DNA of 64,000 nt, from NCBI RefSeq assembly GCF_009914755.1, contig NC_060932.1. One strand, given 5' to 3'. This document shows positions 62,190 to 64,000 of this stretch, one piece after another; the stretch's first letter is position 1; each line of letters begins with the position of its first letter. Source of the DNA: the human T2T-CHM13v2.0 reference genome, Homo sapiens. The translations under genes were made by a program, and so were the position numbers. Below the pieces are notes generated by a model. That model was not told the origin of the DNA. It did not search any database and saw nothing but the letters and a program-made list of their open reading frames with translations.

Positions 62190-62727
62190 GCCAGGGTTTG
62201 TAACGATCCCACCTCTTGGTGTACCTGTCCTTGGCGGAACCTCCTCCCCATATGTGTGGGCTGGACTTGGTGGCATGCTTCTGGTGAGTGGAATATGGCA
62301 AAGTTGATGAAACTAAGTTTGGAAAGTCAGTGACTTCTGTCTTGTTTGCATTCTCTTTGGCTCCTCTCATGTGCTTGCTCTAATGGAACAAACTGGAGAG
62401 GCCCATGTAGCATGGAACCGAAGGTAAACTCCAGCCAACCACCATCAAAGAACTGAGGCCCTCGGTCTAACAGTTCTTGAGAAACTAAATCCTGTCAACA
62501 ATCACTTCAGTGAGCATGAAAGCAAATCCTTCTCCAATAAAGCCTTAAGATGAGACCATAGCCCTTGATGACACCTTGACTGAAGCCTTTTTAGAGGCTC
62601 TGACAGAGAGGACTAAGTTAGGCTAAGCTTCAATTCATGATGCACAGAAACAATGGGAAAATAAATGTACATTGTATTAAGTTAAATTTTGGGGTAATTT
62701 GTCACACAGAAATAGATAACTAATACA
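62190..62727 (+). mobile_element. MLT1E/F-like LTR
   Basis: gtgggctggacttggtggcatgcttct...gaactgaggccctc...aatagataactaataca. Confidence 0.82.
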
Positions 62728-63072
62728 GCAAACTTTTATAACAATATTAAGGGGGTTGGATAAAAATATTAATTAAAAGTCCATTTTGTGCTACATTTTT
62801 ATCTGTATTATCTCATTATTCTTCAGATCAACCCTGTTTTTCCACTTAAATTAAATTTTTAAAAAATATATTTGGGGGTACAAGTGTAGATTTCTTACAT
62901 GCATATATTGCATAGTGGTGAAGCCTTGTTGTTAACTTTTAACTGGCATTTTAACTGACTAACAGAGTCAGCATAAGCAGTTATTGCATCTTTAGAATTC
63001 CATTTAGGCTTTGTGCCAGTTATCAATTTATTAGCTGTCAGCTCCAAATTTATATTTTAATACCTGCTCTGC

Positions 63073-63794
63073 TATAATGGACAGACTGCCTTTACACGTT
63101 TCTTCTTGACAGTGAACATGATGTTAAGCTTTCTCATAAAGGGTGGGGAAGGACATTGCAGGAGGAAAGGTCTTTTCCTCTTGTTTCTGCTGGCTGCACT
63201 AGGGGAGAGGATTTCAGTGGTGGTCTGCCCCAGCCGTGAACCCAGAATGCACAGTCCCTTTCTGACCCCGCGCCCTGGCCTATCCTGATGGTCACAGACA
63301 CTGCACTTTAGGCACCCTGCCCACACTGAACCCCAACAACTCCCTCTGCTTTTCTACTCCCTGCATCCCAGGTTTGTTTCCAGAAGCTCTCCTAACACAG
63401 TCACTGGGCCCTCTAGCCCTCTTGTCTAAACGGGTGCCCCACAGCTCCCTCTGCAGGCCTGTATGTCTGCCCACCAGCTACAGCTTGCCTGAACCACACA
63501 GGGTTGCTTCCTGCCTGCCTTAGGACTGTAGACCAGCAAACTTCTCTGTCATCTAGTAGATTGCAACAATATCTTCTCCAGTGAGGTCTGAACCTGAACC
63601 TTGGGAAGGGGACCCCTTCAGTGTTTTTCCTTCCTTGAGGACTCTTCTTTATCTCTAGAGTACTGTATAGAATTTTCTTACTTATTAACGTTACCCTTCA
63701 GTGCTTTGTAATTGTTTTGTAATTCTTTATATTAAATTTTTCTGTCTAAATTACTGTATAGTTTCTGTTTCCTGATTGAACCCTGACTGATCTA
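63073..63794 (+). mobile_element. Old ERVL-type LTR (LTR41-like, subfamily uncertain)
   Basis: 3' end attaaatttt...gtttctgtttcctgattgaaccctgactgat is typical of ERVL LTRs. Confidence 0.55.
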
Positions 63795-64000
63795 GGCCTT
63801 TTGAGAAACAGAGGAGGCTGCTCTATAATATTTCAGCACTGGCATATTGTGGCCCCTTTCTCCATTGATTCGAAGAAGCAGCAGGATAGAAAGACAAATA
63901 CCTGGGGCAGAGAATCAGGAAGCTAGAGATCTCTTGTTTTGTGACCAATTTACTGTATAAGCTCAGGCAGGCCATTCCTTTCTTCAGCATACAGATATGG

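Overview
Human genomic DNA: the 3' half of YTHDF3 (m6A reader) on the + strand, then about 38 kb of repeat-rich downstream sequence. Human origin is supported by the protein sequence and an AluYg6 with all six diagnostics as I recall them. The window opens inside the large coding exon (P/Q-rich region plus the complete YTH domain, ending at 910). A 21,942-nt last intron (911-22852) follows, then a terminal exon with only 7 codons (ERNRNKQ*, 22853-22876) and a ~3.1 kb 3'UTR ending at AATAAA 25938. Downstream are a ~370-bp near-identical non-tandem duplication, many Alus (two very young), MER41A, MLT2A, MLT1 and THE1 LTRs, a decayed ERVL-type pro-pol with nested insertions, a 7SL retrocopy, Tigger1, L2 and an internally deleted L1PB. 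Almost all ORF-track entries after the first are repeat-derived or chance ORFs. I see no evidence of a new multi-gene system. The best leads are the 3'-end regulatory architecture of YTHDF3 (stop codon just inside the last intron, (TG)6T12 acceptor, 3'UTR hairpin overlapping miRNA and Pumilio sites), the duplication with a templated-repair-like junction, and a possible pol-retaining MaLR. Repeat subfamily names come from recalled consensus sequences, not a database search. Boundaries of old repeats are approximate.
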